This document shows positions 63,841-64,000 of a stretch of DNA of 64,000 nucleotides, one piece after another. Every line of letters starts with the position of its first letter. Position 1 is the first letter of the stretch. The notes beneath the pieces are model-generated. The model searched no databases and was not told the origin of the DNA. It saw nothing but the letters and a program-made list of their open reading frames with translations. The translations under genes and the position numbers were made by a program. Source of the stretch: Gemmatimonadales bacterium (lineage in GTDB: Bacteria > Gemmatimonadota > Gemmatimonadetes > Palauibacterales > Palauibacteraceae). The stretch lies in the NCBI GenBank assembly GCA_037385645.1, contig JARRMU010000007.1:8040-72039 (forward strand), read 5' to 3'.

Positions 63841-64000
63841 AGATACACCGTAAGCCCTACGACAACGTCCTTCAGACGGTCGGCCAGACGCCGCTCATAC
63901 GCCTGAGCCGGGTGACCGACGGGGCGCGAACGCCGGTCTACGCCAAGGCCGAGATGTTCAACCCCGGGGGTTCCGTGAAGGACCGAATCGGGCTCGCGAT
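63837..64000 (+). CDS. cysK: Cysteine synthase (CysK/CysM family), N-terminal fragment running off the window
   Basis: GTG start overlapping the upstream stop. [26 protein letters not shown]...[19 protein letters not shown] matches the PLP-dependent cysteine synthase N-terminus (Lys of SVKDR). Confidence 0.75.
   Translation, partial: MKIHRKPYDNVLQTVGQTPLIRLSRVTDGARTPVYAKAEMFNPGGSVKDRIGLA

Noticed and set aside
1-64000. Search for CRISPR arrays, IS elements, integrases, phage genes, toxin-antitoxin pairs
   Set aside because: No direct-repeat/spacer arrays, no DDE or tyrosine-recombinase-like ORFs, no inverted terminal repeats noticed. The window looks like stable core chromosome.

Overview
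This is a high-GC (~68-70%) chromosomal window from a Gram-negative bacterium. The abundance of exported TPR, cytochrome-c and beta-propeller proteins resembles Gemmatimonadota, Acidobacteriota or Myxococcota genomes, but this is only an impression. No transposase, integrase, CRISPR array or rRNA/tRNA gene was recognised. Many very long Arg/Pro-rich ORFs in the six-frame track are antisense or out-of-frame shadows of real genes and are rejected below.

Housekeeping genes: msrA, a type II NADH dehydrogenase, an RND efflux operon (outer membrane protein, adaptor, permease), a TetR regulator, a PAS-GGDEF-EAL c-di-GMP protein, thioredoxin, an M16 peptidase pair, a NUDIX hydrolase, an ECF sigma/anti-sigma pair, holA, mutS and the start of cysK.

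The most notable calls:
- A type-A RNase P RNA (rnpB) sits in an 850-bp apparently empty region at about 53.5 kb.
- An AhpD-like selenoprotein gene (31310-31945, minus strand) has an in-frame TGA exactly at the second Cys of the Cys-x-x-Cys-x-x-x-His motif. A candidate bacterial SECIS hairpin lies about 18 nt downstream.
- A five-gene minus-strand sulfur operon runs ECF sigma factor with Cys-rich C-terminal extension, a split YeeE/YedE pair, a persulfide-dioxygenase/rhodanese fusion, and a SulP/STAS permease. Its 5' end carries a triplicated 26-bp tandem repeat that re-creates the sigma factor's Shine-Dalgarno, ATG and first five codons as two 9-codon upstream ORFs.
- A 276-aa protein combines a CBS pair with an R-N-x3-H (HEPN-like) motif.
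- A YbdK-type carboxylate-amine ligase is translationally coupled (ATGA overlap) to a 1018-aa exported protein of unknown fold.
- A redox cluster contains a cytochrome c fused to an outer-membrane barrel, a cupredoxin-like protein and a cytoplasmic reductive-dehalogenase-family Fe-S protein.
- A 13-kb run (39.5-53.1 kb) is made up almost entirely of exported proteins: a BNR-repeat giant, two cytochromes c, two beta-propeller proteins, an outer membrane barrel and an HExxH lipoprotein.
- Two genes carry apparent single-base frameshifts: a YeeE/YedE gene near 19516 and the catalytic M16 peptidase near 54200.
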